Below are positions 1 through 9,207 of a stretch of 63,132 bases of DNA, one piece after another. Below the pieces are notes generated by a model. It saw only the letters and a list, made by a program, of their open reading frames with translations, had not been told where the DNA came from and ran no database searches. The stretch lies in the NCBI GenBank assembly GCA_036802765.1, contig DAIRVP010000004.1:1-63132 (forward strand), in the 5' to 3' direction. The stretch is from Candidatus Rokuibacteriota bacterium (GTDB lineage: Bacteria > Methylomirabilota > Methylomirabilia > Rokubacteriales > CSP1-6). The translations under genes and the position numbers were made by a program. Position 1 is the stretch's first letter. The number at the start of each line of letters is the position of its first letter.

Positions 1-816
1 GACCGGTCCCGACGTGGCACCGCAGGTCACGAGACGGCCACCGCTCTTCAGCGATCGGATGGAGTCCTTCCATGTGGCCGCGCCGACGTTTTCGATCACG
101 ACGTCGACGCCGCGCTTGTCCGTGGCGTCGAACACGGCCTTGGCCCATTGCGGGTTCGTCTTGTAGTTGATCCCGACGTCCGCGCCGAGGCTGCGCGCGC
201 GCTCGAGCTTGGCGTCGCTGGAGGACGTCACGATCACGCGCGCGCCGCAGAGCTTCGCGATCTGGACGGCCGTGGACGACACGCCGCCGCCGGCGCCGAT
301 CACGAGCACGTCCTGACCCGGACCGACGCGCCCCTGCGTGACGACCATGCGCCACGCCGTCATGTTTGTCAGAACGAACGACGCCGCCTCTTCGTACTTC
401 ACGTGCGCGGGCAGGGGCAGGACGTTGTCGGCGCGCACGGGGACGAGCTCGGCGAGCCCCCCGCGGGCGTGCTCACCGAGGATGCCGTACTTCACGCACA
501 GGCTGTCCTCGCCGGCCGCGCAGAACTCGCAGCGCTCGCACGTGAGATTGGGATTCACCACGACGCGATCGCCGACGTTCACGCCCTGGACTCCGGCGCC
601 GACCTCGACGACGTCACCGGCGATGTCACAGCCGGTCCAGAACGGCAGCGGCGTCTTCAGCGCCGGGATCCCTTCGCGCACGAAGATGTCGAGGTGATTG
701 AGCGCGCACGCCTTGACGCGCACGAGAACCTCGTCGGGCCTGGGCTTGGGATCCGGCACATCCTCGTACGTGAGCTTGTCGGGGCCGCCGAACTCGTGGA
801 AGGCGAGCGCTTTCAT
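1..816 (-). CDS. Zinc-binding alcohol dehydrogenase family protein (MDR), 3' end runs off the window
   Basis: Manual translation from ATG 816: MKALAFHEFGGPDKL...GCDIAG...CERCEFC...C (structural Zn)...GAGGGV Rossmann motif. ATGA overlap with the upstream LLM stop. Confidence 0.9.
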   Translation of the reverse strand, partial: MKALAFHEFGGPDKLTYEDVPDPKPRPDEVLVRVKACALNHLDIFVREGIPALKTPLPFWTGCDIAGDVVEVGAGVQGVNVGDRVVVNPNLTCERCEFCAAGEDSLCVKYGILGEHARGGLAELVPVRADNVLPLPAHVKYEEAASFVLTNMTAWRMVVTQGRVGPGQDVLVIGAGGGVSSTAVQIAKLCGARVIVTSSSDAKLERARSLGADVGINYKTNPQWAKAVFDATDKRGVDVVIENVGAATWKDSIRSLKSGGRLVTCGATSGPV

Positions 817-1832
817 CGGTTGAATTCCTGTATCACCCGCGGTAGGCGCGGATCGTCCAGCGCGGGCTGCTTGTCTGGTTGATAGAACGCCGTGCGATCG
901 AGCAACCCCGCGTAGCGTTCCTTGAGCCGCGCGGCGATCGTGGTCCACGATCCGACGACCGCATACGTCTCGAGCATCTCGTCGGTGATCAGCTCGGCCA
1001 TGCCCTTCCAGTCGCCCTCGACCGACTTGCGGTGCAGCTGCGGAACGAGGTCTTGCCAACCGTGCGCCGCGAGCACCGGCTCGTAGGTGCGGGTGGAGGC
1101 GTAGAACGCGATCTGCTGCTTCACCGCCTGCTTTTGCCGCACGATCTCCTGCTCGGTGTCGGCAACGACGACGAACGACGAGGTCACGTAGCAGAACTCG
1201 GCGCGCGGGCGGCCGGCCTTGGCCAGACCCTCTTCGACCGCGGGGCGCACGATCTCGCGCAGGTACTTGGGGCTGTTGAACGGGTGCACGTGCAGTCCGT
1301 CGCAGACCTCGCCGGCCACGCGGCACATGGCGGGGTTCACGCCGGCGATGTAGACGGGCACGTGCGGGTGCGCGATCGGCCCGGGATTGAAAAAGGGCGT
1401 CATGAGATCGAAGCGGAAGAACTGGCCCTTGAAGTTGAGCTTCGTCCCGTTCTGCCAGCAGTCCCAGATCGCGCGCATGGCCAGCACGACCTCGCGCATC
1501 TTCGGCGCCGGCGACTCGAACTTCACCGAGAAGCGCCGCTCGTTGTGGCCCTTCACCTGCGAGCCGAGGCCGAGGATGAAGCGGCCGCCCGACGCCTTGG
1601 CGAGATCCCAGGCGATCTGCGCCAGGATCATCGGGCTGCGCGGAAACGCGACGGCGATCGAGGTGCCGAGCTTGATCTTCGACGTCACCGTGGCCGCGAT
1701 TGCGAGCGGCAGGAAGGGATCGTGCTGGGTCTCCGCCGACCACAAGCAGTCGTAGCCGAGGGCCTCGACCTTGCGCGCATAGTCGGGGATCGACGTGAGG
1801 TCGTGGGTGAGCATGCCGACGTCGAGCTTCAC
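813..1832 (-). CDS. LLM-class (luciferase-like) oxidoreductase, TIGR03617-like putative F420-dependent
   Basis: ETQHDPF, LGTSIAVAFPRSP, GRFILGLGSQVKGH motifs. The ORF track starts at 1841; I prefer GTG 1832, 7 nt after a TAGAAT -10 box. Confidence 0.85.
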   Translation of the reverse strand: MKLDVGMLTHDLTSIPDYARKVEALGYDCLWSAETQHDPFLPLAIAATVTSKIKLGTSIAVAFPRSPMILAQIAWDLAKASGGRFILGLGSQVKGHNERRFSVKFESPAPKMREVVLAMRAIWDCWQNGTKLNFKGQFFRFDLMTPFFNPGPIAHPHVPVYIAGVNPAMCRVAGEVCDGLHVHPFNSPKYLREIVRPAVEEGLAKAGRPRAEFCYVTSSFVVVADTEQEIVRQKQAVKQQIAFYASTRTYEPVLAAHGWQDLVPQLHRKSVEGDWKGMAELITDEMLETYAVVGSWTTIAARLKERYAGLLDRTAFYQPDKQPALDDPRLPRVIQEFNR

Positions 1833-1839
1833 GTGGCGC

Positions 1840-1864
1840 ATTCTACATGGGCGGGCGCTACAAT
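1840..1864. promoter_or_regulatory. Back-to-back -10 boxes (TAGAAT on - strand at 1840-1845; TACAAT on + strand at 1859-1864), leaderless geometry
   Basis: Each hexamer lies 6-7 nt before a start codon (GTG 1832, GTG 1871) with no SD. Confidence 0.6.
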
Positions 1865-1870
1865 GTCCGT

Positions 1871-2680
1871 GTGATGACCCTACCTGACCGCCTCATCCGC
1901 GTCGCCGTGCTCGTGTTGCTCGTTGTTCTCGTGAGCGCCCCGCCGTCCGCGCGCGGCCAGGCGTCTTCGCCGGCGAAGCCGGAAGATCCGGCGACTGCCG
2001 GGATCCGCTCGGAGCTCGAGCGCATGCGCGAGGAGATCGCCGCGATGCGCACAGAGCTGCGCTCGCTGCGCGAGCTGCTGCAACGGCTGGCGACCCCGCC
2101 GCCGCAGGCGGGTGCGCGTATGGCGGCCACCGTGTCGACCGGCGACAACCCCTCGCTCGGCCGGCGCGACGCGCCCGTGACGATCGTGGAGTTCTCCGAT
2201 TATCAGTGTCCGTTCTGCCGGCAGTTCGTGTCCACGACGCTGCCGGCGATCAAGAGCGCCTACGTGGACTCCGGCAAGGTGCGATACGTCTTCCGTGACT
2301 TCCCGATCGACCACATCCATCCCTACGCCCGCAAGGCCTCGGAGGCCGCGCGCTGCGCCGGCGATCAGGGCAAGTACTGGGAGATGCACGATCTGCTGTT
2401 CCAGAATCAGCAGTCGCTCGCGCCGGATCAGCTGCCGGGACTCGGCAGCAAGCTCGGTCTGGACGCCGGCGCGTTCAACGCATGCCTGTCGAGCAGCAAG
2501 TACGCGGGCGCGATCCAGCAGAATTACGGTGACGGCTCCGCCGCCGGCGTGCGCGGCACCCCGTCATTCGTCATCGGTCGCACGCGGCCGGACGACAAGG
2601 TCGAGGGCGTGATGGTGGTCGGGGCGCGTCCGCTCGCCGACTTCCGTCAGGAGATCGATCGGCTGCTCAGCGAGAAGTAG
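1871..2680 (+). CDS. DsbA-family thioredoxin-fold protein (BdbD/Com1-like), exported
   Basis: Hydrophobic N-terminal signal, short coiled coil, EFSDYQCPFC active site, GTPSF cis-Pro loop. Start is GTG 1871 or ATG 1874. Confidence 0.9.
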   Translation: MMTLPDRLIRVAVLVLLVVLVSAPPSARGQASSPAKPEDPATAGIRSELERMREEIAAMRTELRSLRELLQRLATPPPQAGARMAATVSTGDNPSLGRRDAPVTIVEFSDYQCPFCRQFVSTTLPAIKSAYVDSGKVRYVFRDFPIDHIHPYARKASEAARCAGDQGKYWEMHDLLFQNQQSLAPDQLPGLGSKLGLDAGAFNACLSSSKYAGAIQQNYGDGSAAGVRGTPSFVIGRTRPDDKVEGVMVVGARPLADFRQEIDRLLSEK

Positions 2681-3776
2681 CCAGGCGCGCGAGCGCCGCG
2701 CGCGCCTCGCGCACGATCCTCTCGACCACCTCGGCGCCGCCGGGCAGGTCGTGGACGAGCCCGACGCTCTGTCCCGTGGCCAGCGGCAGCCACGCCGGAT
2801 CTTGAATGCTCGCGGCGTGATCGAAGATGTCCTGCGCGAAGCGCGTCTGCACGTGAACCGGCAGCGTCGGCGAGCCGCTTTTTTCGTACTCCTCGATGTA
2901 GCTGTTGCGCACGTAGCGTGACCACAGCCCCGTCACGACGTCGGTGAGCGCCGTCTGGTCGCTGTCGGCCTCCAGCAAGGCTTTCTTCCTGAAGTCCGCC
3001 GCCGTGCCCTCCCGCGTGACGACGAAGCGCGTCCCGATCTGGGCGCCCAGCGCGCCGAGCGCCAGCACGGCGGCGAGGCCGCGGCCATCGGCGATGCCGC
3101 CCGCTGCGATGACAGGCACGCTCACCGCATCGACGACCTGGGGCACGAGCGCGAGGGTGCCGATGCCTTCGGCGGCGATGCGGTCGGGTTTGACGCGCAG
3201 CGAACGATGACCCCCCGCCTCGCTGCCCTGCGCGACGATTGCGTCCACGCCCACGCCCTCGACGACGCGTGCCTGCCGCGCCGTCGTGACCATCGCGATC
3301 ACTTTGATTCCGTGCTCGTGGCAGCGGCGCACCATGTCCGATGACGGCTCGCCGACGGCCGCCGTGAACACCGGCGCGCGCTCCTCGAGGATCACTTCGA
3401 ACGCCGCGCCAACGATGTCGGCGCCGGCGGTCGGCGCGGCGTGCGACGGCGACAGCCCGAGCCGCGCACGGAGGCTGTTCAGCGTCGTGCGCACGGCCGC
3501 GACGGTATCCGCCGGAATATGACTCACGTCGGCGGGCGGCCACATGTCGGCGTGTAGCCACAGATTGACGCCGAACGGCTTGTCCGTCAGCGTGCGGACC
3601 TTCCGGATGTGCGCGCGCAGCGTGTCGGGCGCGACGTTCAGCCCGGGCAGGATGCCGAGCCCGCCGGCATTCGACACGGCGGCCACCAGCTCCGGGCCCA
3701 CGGCCCCGGCCATGCCGGCCTGCAAGATCGGATACTCGATGCCGAGAAGGCCGCATAGCGCCGTGCGCAGGCTCAT
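2667..3776 (-). CDS. Nitronate monooxygenase family protein
   Basis: PILQAGM, KPFGVNL, QGSEAGGH, IAAGGIADGRG, GAQIGTRF motifs. Start ATG 3776 overlaps the upstream stop. Confidence 0.88.
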   Translation of the reverse strand: MSLRTALCGLLGIEYPILQAGMAGAVGPELVAAVSNAGGLGILPGLNVAPDTLRAHIRKVRTLTDKPFGVNLWLHADMWPPADVSHIPADTVAAVRTTLNSLRARLGLSPSHAAPTAGADIVGAAFEVILEERAPVFTAAVGEPSSDMVRRCHEHGIKVIAMVTTARQARVVEGVGVDAIVAQGSEAGGHRSLRVKPDRIAAEGIGTLALVPQVVDAVSVPVIAAGGIADGRGLAAVLALGALGAQIGTRFVVTREGTAADFRKKALLEADSDQTALTDVVTGLWSRYVRNSYIEEYEKSGSPTLPVHVQTRFAQDIFDHAASIQDPAWLPLATGQSVGLVHDLPGGAEVVERIVREARAALARLATSR

Positions 3777-5443
3777 CGCGTGAAGTCCTTCAGCGCCTGC
3801 TCGCGCAGCTTCACGCGTTGCACCTTGTCGCCGTGAGGGCTCGGCGTCCGCGGCACATCGTCGACGAAGCGCACGCCGCGCGGAATTTTGAACGACGCGA
3901 TCTTGCCGTGGCACCAGGCGCGCAGGTCATCCTCGGTCACCCGCGCCCCGCGCTTGCAGATCACATACGCGACGGGCGCTTCGTTGGTCTTCGCATCCGG
4001 AACGCCGACGACGAAGGCCTGGTCGACGGCCGGATGCGCCAGCAGGAACGTTTCGATCTCGCCGGGCGCGACCATGTGGTGGCTGATGCGCAGCGTCTCC
4101 TTGAGACGTCCGCGGAAGATCACGCGGCCGGCAGCGTCCTGCACGCCGAGATCGCCGCTCTTGAACCAGCCATCGCTCGTGAACGCCGCGCGCGTCTCGT
4201 CCGGCTTGTCGTAATAGCCGCGCGTGACGAGCGGCCCACGAAACTGCAGCTCACCCTCAACGTCGATGCCCGACGGCGCTCCGGTCTCGGGGTCGGCGAT
4301 GCGTGCCTCCAGGCCCGGGACGGGCCACACCCCGGGCACGAGTCGTTCGCTGGCCGGCTCGTCGAGCTCGTGAACCAGCGACATCGCGTTGACTTCCGTC
4401 ATCCCGTAGGGGTGGAAGGCGAGGGGGACGAGCCGCTCGAGCACATCCTCGAGCAAACCGTGACGGCCGCCGCCCACCGCCGCCACGCCGCCGGTGCGCA
4501 GCGACGAGAGATCACGGCGACCAAGGTCGGGATGATCGAGCAGGGGAATCAGCATGCTGTCGACGGCGTTCAGCACGGTACAGCGCTCGCGCTCGATCAG
4601 CTGCAGCGCGCGTAGCGGATCGAAGACGTCCATGAGCACGAGGCACGCGCCGTGGCTCCAGGCCGTGAGCGGAATGTTCACGCCGCCCCACGTGCCGGCG
4701 GCGGGCAGCGCGTGGAGGACACGGTCCGCGGCCGTCAGCCGAAACGTCTCGCCGCAGTTCCAGCCGTGCGGCACGCAGTTGGCGTGCGTGATCATCGCGC
4801 CCTTCGGGAACGACGTCGTGCCAGACGTGTAGAGAAGCATGAACACGGAGTCGGGCGTGCTTGTTGTAGCGGGGTCCGCGAGGTCGCGTAAGGCCGAAGG
4901 TGGCCTGTTCGAGATGCGGAGTGGCTCCGCAGCGTCCATTAAATCCGCGGCGCGATGGCAGCCGGGATACACATCCTCCGCGTCGACGATCACGTGCCGC
5001 AGCTTCGGAACGCGCGCGCTCGCGAGCTCGCCCGGCACGGCGTCTGCCAGCTCCGGCAGCAGCATCTCCAGAGTGTCGAAGTAGTCGATCGGCCCGAGTC
5101 GATCGGTCAGCAGGAGGGCGACGGCGTTCGACTGGCCGAGGATGTACGACAGCTCGTGCGCGCGATAGCGCGGGTTGAGCGCGACGACCACGATGCCGAG
5201 GCTGGCTGCGGCGTACTGCGCGATGAACCACAGCGGCCGGTTCGGCAGCCAGATCGCGAGCGCATCGCCGTGGCCGAGACCGAGCGCGCTGAGCCCAGCC
5301 GCAAACGCGCGGACACGATCGCGCACGGCGGCGAACGTGAGCCGCTCGTCCCCGAACACGATCGCCTCACGCTGGCCGTGACGCGTGGCCACCGCGTCCA
5401 GCAACGACCAGGCCGTAGCGTGCGCGAAGGGATTGTCCGCCAC
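3773..5443 (-). CDS. Acyl-CoA synthetase / AMP-binding adenylate-forming enzyme
   Basis: YTSGTTSFPKG P-loop, YGMTE, GWFKSGDLG, FRGRLKE and a C-terminal GDKVQR lysine. Confidence 0.9.
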   Translation of the reverse strand: MADNPFAHATAWSLLDAVATRHGQREAIVFGDERLTFAAVRDRVRAFAAGLSALGLGHGDALAIWLPNRPLWFIAQYAAASLGIVVVALNPRYRAHELSYILGQSNAVALLLTDRLGPIDYFDTLEMLLPELADAVPGELASARVPKLRHVIVDAEDVYPGCHRAADLMDAAEPLRISNRPPSALRDLADPATTSTPDSVFMLLYTSGTTSFPKGAMITHANCVPHGWNCGETFRLTAADRVLHALPAAGTWGGVNIPLTAWSHGACLVLMDVFDPLRALQLIERERCTVLNAVDSMLIPLLDHPDLGRRDLSSLRTGGVAAVGGGRHGLLEDVLERLVPLAFHPYGMTEVNAMSLVHELDEPASERLVPGVWPVPGLEARIADPETGAPSGIDVEGELQFRGPLVTRGYYDKPDETRAAFTSDGWFKSGDLGVQDAAGRVIFRGRLKETLRISHHMVAPGEIETFLLAHPAVDQAFVVGVPDAKTNEAPVAYVICKRGARVTEDDLRAWCHGKIASFKIPRGVRFVDDVPRTPSPHGDKVQRVKLREQALKDFTR

Positions 5444-5444
5444 G

Positions 5445-6311
5445 TCAGTCCAGATGATAGAGCGTCGTCGCGTTCTTCCAGGCGACCTGCTCGGCCACGT
5501 CCGGCGGCAGCTCGCCGAGCACGCGCCGCGTCCAGCCCACGAACCGGTCGAGCATGGCGGGCTCGAACAACCGCGCGGTCCACAAATCGAGCCCGATGAC
5601 GAAGCGATCCGGCATCTTCGTGATCAGCGCCTTCCAGGCCGGGTCGAGCGGCCCGTTTTCCTTCGCGAGCGACGGCGTCCGCTGAAAGTGCATGCCCGAC
5701 AGGTCGATCATGAGATTGGCGTTACGCACGAGGAGCGGCTCGAGCGTCGCGGGCTTCGAGGCGCCGGCGTGCGCGAGCACGATGATGGCCTGCCGGTGCG
5801 CGGCGAGCGCGGCTTCGAGCGAGGCGGACGCCGCCGGCGTGAGCTCATCGTGGATGACGACCGGGATGCCGCGCTGCGCGGACAGCTCGAGGATGTGCAT
5901 GAAGGCCGGCGCCGAGGGATCACGCTCGATCTTCCGGCTGGCCTGCCGGATGTGGACCTCGCCCATCACGCGCGCCTTCGTGCGCGACAGCTCGACGTCG
6001 AGCTGGCCCGCGGCGGCCATCTTGGTCGGGTCGGGAACGCGTACGCCGCCCGCCACAAGGTCGGGATATTTTTTGACCGCGGCATCGATCCAGTCCTGCT
6101 CTTGGGGCTGCGCCCCGCCCACGCCGAGGAGCACCACCTTCGTCACGTTGTGCCGTCTCATGGCGGCGACGTACGCGTCGATGGCCGTGGCGTTCGGCAG
6201 ATGCGCGTGGGCGTCGATGAGCTGCCCGGTGTAGGAGTCGGCGGCCGCGGCGGGCCGGAAGACGATGAGGCTCAGTAGCGTCGCGACCGCCAGCGCACCG
6301 GCGCGCGTCAT
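5445..6311 (-). CDS. Amidohydrolase_2-like TIM-barrel protein with predicted signal peptide
   Basis: LIDAHAH (HxH), GEVH, VVIHDE, LAHAG, RFVIGLD motifs. N-terminal hydrophobic stretch ending in AAA. Confidence 0.7.
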   Translation of the reverse strand: MTRAGALAVATLLSLIVFRPAAAADSYTGQLIDAHAHLPNATAIDAYVAAMRRHNVTKVVLLGVGGAQPQEQDWIDAAVKKYPDLVAGGVRVPDPTKMAAAGQLDVELSRTKARVMGEVHIRQASRKIERDPSAPAFMHILELSAQRGIPVVIHDELTPAASASLEAALAAHRQAIIVLAHAGASKPATLEPLLVRNANLMIDLSGMHFQRTPSLAKENGPLDPAWKALITKMPDRFVIGLDLWTARLFEPAMLDRFVGWTRRVLGELPPDVAEQVAWKNATTLYHLD

Positions 6312-7492
6312 ATGATTCCGTCGCGCTTCAGGCTCTCCAGCTCGCCGTCGCTGACGCCGAGCGCGCCCCAGACCTCGCGGTTGTGGGCGCCGAGCTCGGG
6401 TCCGGCCCAGCGCACCTCAGCCGGTGTCGCTTCCAGACGCGGTGTCGGCGCCGTCATGCGCACCGTCCCGAGCGCCGGATCCGGCACGTCGATCAGAATG
6501 CCGCGCGCGACTACGTGCGGATCCTTCGTGACGTCGGCGATGTCGTAGACCGGACACGCGGTGAGCTCGCTGGACTCGAAGAGCGTGCGCATTTCGCCGA
6601 GCGTACGCTGGCCGATGGCCTGGGCCAGCGTGGCGTCTACGAGCTCGTTGAACTCGACGCGCGCGTCGTTGGTCGCAAAACGCGGGTCCTCCAGCAGCTC
6701 GCCGAGCCCGAGCGCGTTGAAGACTGCGGCGGCCGAGGCCGGCGTCGAGGCGGACAGCGCGATCCACCGGTCGTCCACCGTGCGATAGGTGCCGCGCGGG
6801 CTGGCGTTGTCCGAGGTATTGCCCCGCCGCTGCCGTACGGTGCCGTCGAGCGCGTAGCCGGCGGCGTCGGGCCCGAGCACGGACAGGAGCGGCTCGTACA
6901 GCGAGACGTCGACGACCTGACCGCGGCCGGACACTTGATCCCGGTGGCGGAGCGCGGCGAGCACGGCGGTGGACGCGGCCAGCGCGGCCACCATGTCGGC
7001 CATCGGAAACGAAGGCAGCGTGGGCGGCCCTTCGGGCTCGCCGGTGGTATGGGCGAAGCCGCTCATGGCCTCGACCATCGTGCCGAAGCCCGGGCGATCA
7101 CGGTATGGACCATCCTGGCCCCAGCCCGACACGCGCGCGAAGACGAGGCGCGGGTTGTCCGCGGAGAGGACGTCCCAGCCGAGACCCCAACGCTCGAAGG
7201 TGCCGGGCAGGAAATTTTCGATCAGAACGTCGGCGTCGCGCACGAGGCGTCGCAGCAGCGTCTGCCCATGCGGGTGGCCGAGGTTGAGCGTGACGGACCG
7301 TTTGCCGCGCGCGTAGACCTTCCACCACAGCTCGCCGCGCTCGCGCAGCCACGTGCGCAGCGGATCACCGCCGCGCGGATTTTCGACTTTGATGACATCG
7401 GCGCCGTGATCGGCCAGCACGGTGGCCAGCACACCGCCGGCGATCAGCCGAGAGCAGTCGATCACGCGCAGTCCCGCTAACGCGCCGCTCAT
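6308..7492 (-). CDS. CaiB/BaiF family III CoA transferase
   Basis: GADVIKVENP, DVLIENFLPG, SGWGQDGPY, and a DMVAA catalytic Asp region. Confidence 0.92.
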   Translation of the reverse strand: MSGALAGLRVIDCSRLIAGGVLATVLADHGADVIKVENPRGGDPLRTWLRERGELWWKVYARGKRSVTLNLGHPHGQTLLRRLVRDADVLIENFLPGTFERWGLGWDVLSADNPRLVFARVSGWGQDGPYRDRPGFGTMVEAMSGFAHTTGEPEGPPTLPSFPMADMVAALAASTAVLAALRHRDQVSGRGQVVDVSLYEPLLSVLGPDAAGYALDGTVRQRRGNTSDNASPRGTYRTVDDRWIALSASTPASAAAVFNALGLGELLEDPRFATNDARVEFNELVDATLAQAIGQRTLGEMRTLFESSELTACPVYDIADVTKDPHVVARGILIDVPDPALGTVRMTAPTPRLEATPAEVRWAGPELGAHNREVWGALGVSDGELESLKRDGII

Positions 7493-7528
7493 GGTCGGCG
7501 GTTATGATACTCCCGCGTGCGCGACGAA

Positions 7529-8227
7529 TCAGGCGCCGCCGAAGCGCGACGCGAGCTGGACCACCTCGCGGGGGTCGGCGTCGGACACCAGCGCGTATCC
7601 GAGGCCGTGCGCGCGCCAGAGAATGACGGTGTAGCCGCGCTCGCCCGCGCGGTACACCTCGCTCGCGCCGGCGCGCTGCCAGCCCGCCGTCGGCCACGGC
7701 AGCCCCTCGGGGCGAAACACGAACAAGGTGACGGTGTGCAGGCGCAGCCCGTACACGAAGGCGGCGGCCTTGCGATCGAGGAACCACGCGAGCGCGCCGC
7801 CGCGCAGCGGCACGTCGTTGTCACCCGCGAACGGCAGCACCGGCGAGAACTCCAGGCGCCCCTCGAACCACGGCCGTACGCGATGGCCGTCGCCGCTCTC
7901 GATCTCCAGCGGCCGCTGCGCCTGCACGATGCGCAGGTGATCGCCGATCGCCTCGGTGATCATCGTGGCGCTGGCCGCGCGCGTGGCCGCGTTGTACTGA
8001 TACACGACGACCGGCGTCGCGAGAGCGACCGCCGCCGCGGCGGCGAGCGTGGGAACCAGCACGCGCGGCCAGTGCCAGCGCCAGCCCGGCGAGGGCGCGG
8101 GCGGCGCCGGCGCCAGCACGCGCTCCACCCGGCGCACCAACCGCGCCGGCGCCGGCCGGTGAGGCAGGCGATGGAGGGCCTCCGTCAGCGCGACGTCGAT
8201 CGCGCGCTCGTCGTGCGGCTCGCTCAT
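7529..8227 (-). CDS. Transmembrane anti-sigma factor
   Basis: Follows the ECF sigma gene with ATGA overlap. One TM helix and a periplasmic WFEGRLEFSP...GG...AAAFVY domain. No HxxxCxxC zinc motif. Confidence 0.75.
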   Translation of the reverse strand: MSEPHDERAIDVALTEALHRLPHRPAPARLVRRVERVLAPAPPAPSPGWRWHWPRVLVPTLAAAAAVALATPVVVYQYNAATRAASATMITEAIGDHLRIVQAQRPLEIESGDGHRVRPWFEGRLEFSPVLPFAGDNDVPLRGGALAWFLDRKAAAFVYGLRLHTVTLFVFRPEGLPWPTAGWQRAGASEVYRAGERGYTVILWRAHGLGYALVSDADPREVVQLASRFGGA

Positions 8228-8733
8228 TTCGCGTAATCCCGCAGGCGGCGGCGTAGGGCAGCGCGCGCCCGCGCAAGCCGGGACTTCACCGTTCCGACGG
8301 GACATTCCAGGACTGCGGCCATCTCCACTTCGCTCAAGTCCTCCAGATCCAGCAGAACCACGGTGCGCGCGTCTTCCGAGAGGCTCATCAGCGCCGCCTC
8401 GATCTCCTCGGCCACGAGCTTGCGCAGGCGGTCCAGCTCCATGTCATCGCGCAGCCACTCCTCGGTGGCCGCCGCATCGGTGATGTCGACGCCGCTGACC
8501 TCCGGACTGGCGCGGCGGTGGCGATACATGCTGATGAACGTGTTCCGCAAGATGCGGAATAACCAGGCCTTGAGGTTGGTGCCGGCCGTGAATCCCGCCG
8601 CGCCCGCCACCGCGCGGGCATACGTCTCCTGCACGAGGTCTTCGGCGTCGCTCTCCCGGCCCGTGAGGTAGCGCGCCAGCTTGTAGAGCGCGTCCACGTG
8701 GCCCAGCGCCTCGCGCGCCAGCTCCTCATGCAT
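8224..8733 (-). CDS. ECF sigma-70 factor
   Basis: DAEDLVQETY, NLKAWLFRILRN (region 2) and VGTVKSRLARAR (region 4). Confidence 0.93.
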   Translation of the reverse strand: MHEELAREALGHVDALYKLARYLTGRESDAEDLVQETYARAVAGAAGFTAGTNLKAWLFRILRNTFISMYRHRRASPEVSGVDITDAAATEEWLRDDMELDRLRKLVAEEIEAALMSLSEDARTVVLLDLEDLSEVEMAAVLECPVGTVKSRLARARAALRRRLRDYAK

Positions 8734-8775
8734 GCCGGAACCATAACACCACCGGTACCGCCGTCACCTCTCCGT

Positions 8776-8800
8776 AACGCGGCACCCGCTCGATCGTTCC
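8776..8800 (-). promoter_or_regulatory. ECF-type promoter GGAAC-N16-CGTT facing the sigma gene
   Basis: On the minus strand, GGAAC at 8800-8796, a 16 nt spacer, then CGTT at 8779-8776. Confidence 0.65.
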
Positions 8801-8813
8801 GCCCCGATGCGAG

Positions 8814-8838
8814 GGAACCATCGATGCCTACATGCGTT
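8814..8838 (+). promoter_or_regulatory. ECF-type promoter GGAAC-N16-CGTT facing the cupredoxin gene
   Basis: GGAAC at 8814-8818, a 16 nt spacer, CGTT at 8835-8838; SD AAGGAGG before ATG 8862. Confidence 0.65.
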
Positions 8839-8861
8839 CGCGTCGGTGAAGGAGGCGCACC

Positions 8862-9185
8862 ATGAAAGCCCTGATCGCGACACTGACCGCGGCGCTGGCC
8901 CTGACACTGGCGTTCGCCGCCGCCGGCGGCGCCGCTGCCGCGCCGCGCGTTGAGATCCATCAGTTCAAGTTCCAGCCGGCGCAGCTCACCGTGCCGGTGG
9001 GCACGACGGTGACCTGGATGAACGACGATGAAGAGACGCACACCGTGACCGCAACCGACCGGACGTACACGTCAACCGGGCTCGACCACGGTGAGAAATT
9101 CACCCACCGCTTCACGGCGCCGGGCACCTACACGTACTTCTGCGCGCTGCATCCCCACATGACGGCGACCATCGTCGTTCGCTGA
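8862..9185 (+). CDS. Cupredoxin (amicyanin/plastocyanin-like blue copper protein), exported
   Basis: Signal peptide and type-1 Cu ligands HTV...YFCALHPHM. Confidence 0.92.
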   Translation: MKALIATLTAALALTLAFAAAGGAAAAPRVEIHQFKFQPAQLTVPVGTTVTWMNDDEETHTVTATDRTYTSTGLDHGEKFTHRFTAPGTYTYFCALHPHMTATIVVR

Positions 9186-9207
9186 CGACGGCGCCCCGGA
9201 GGATTCC

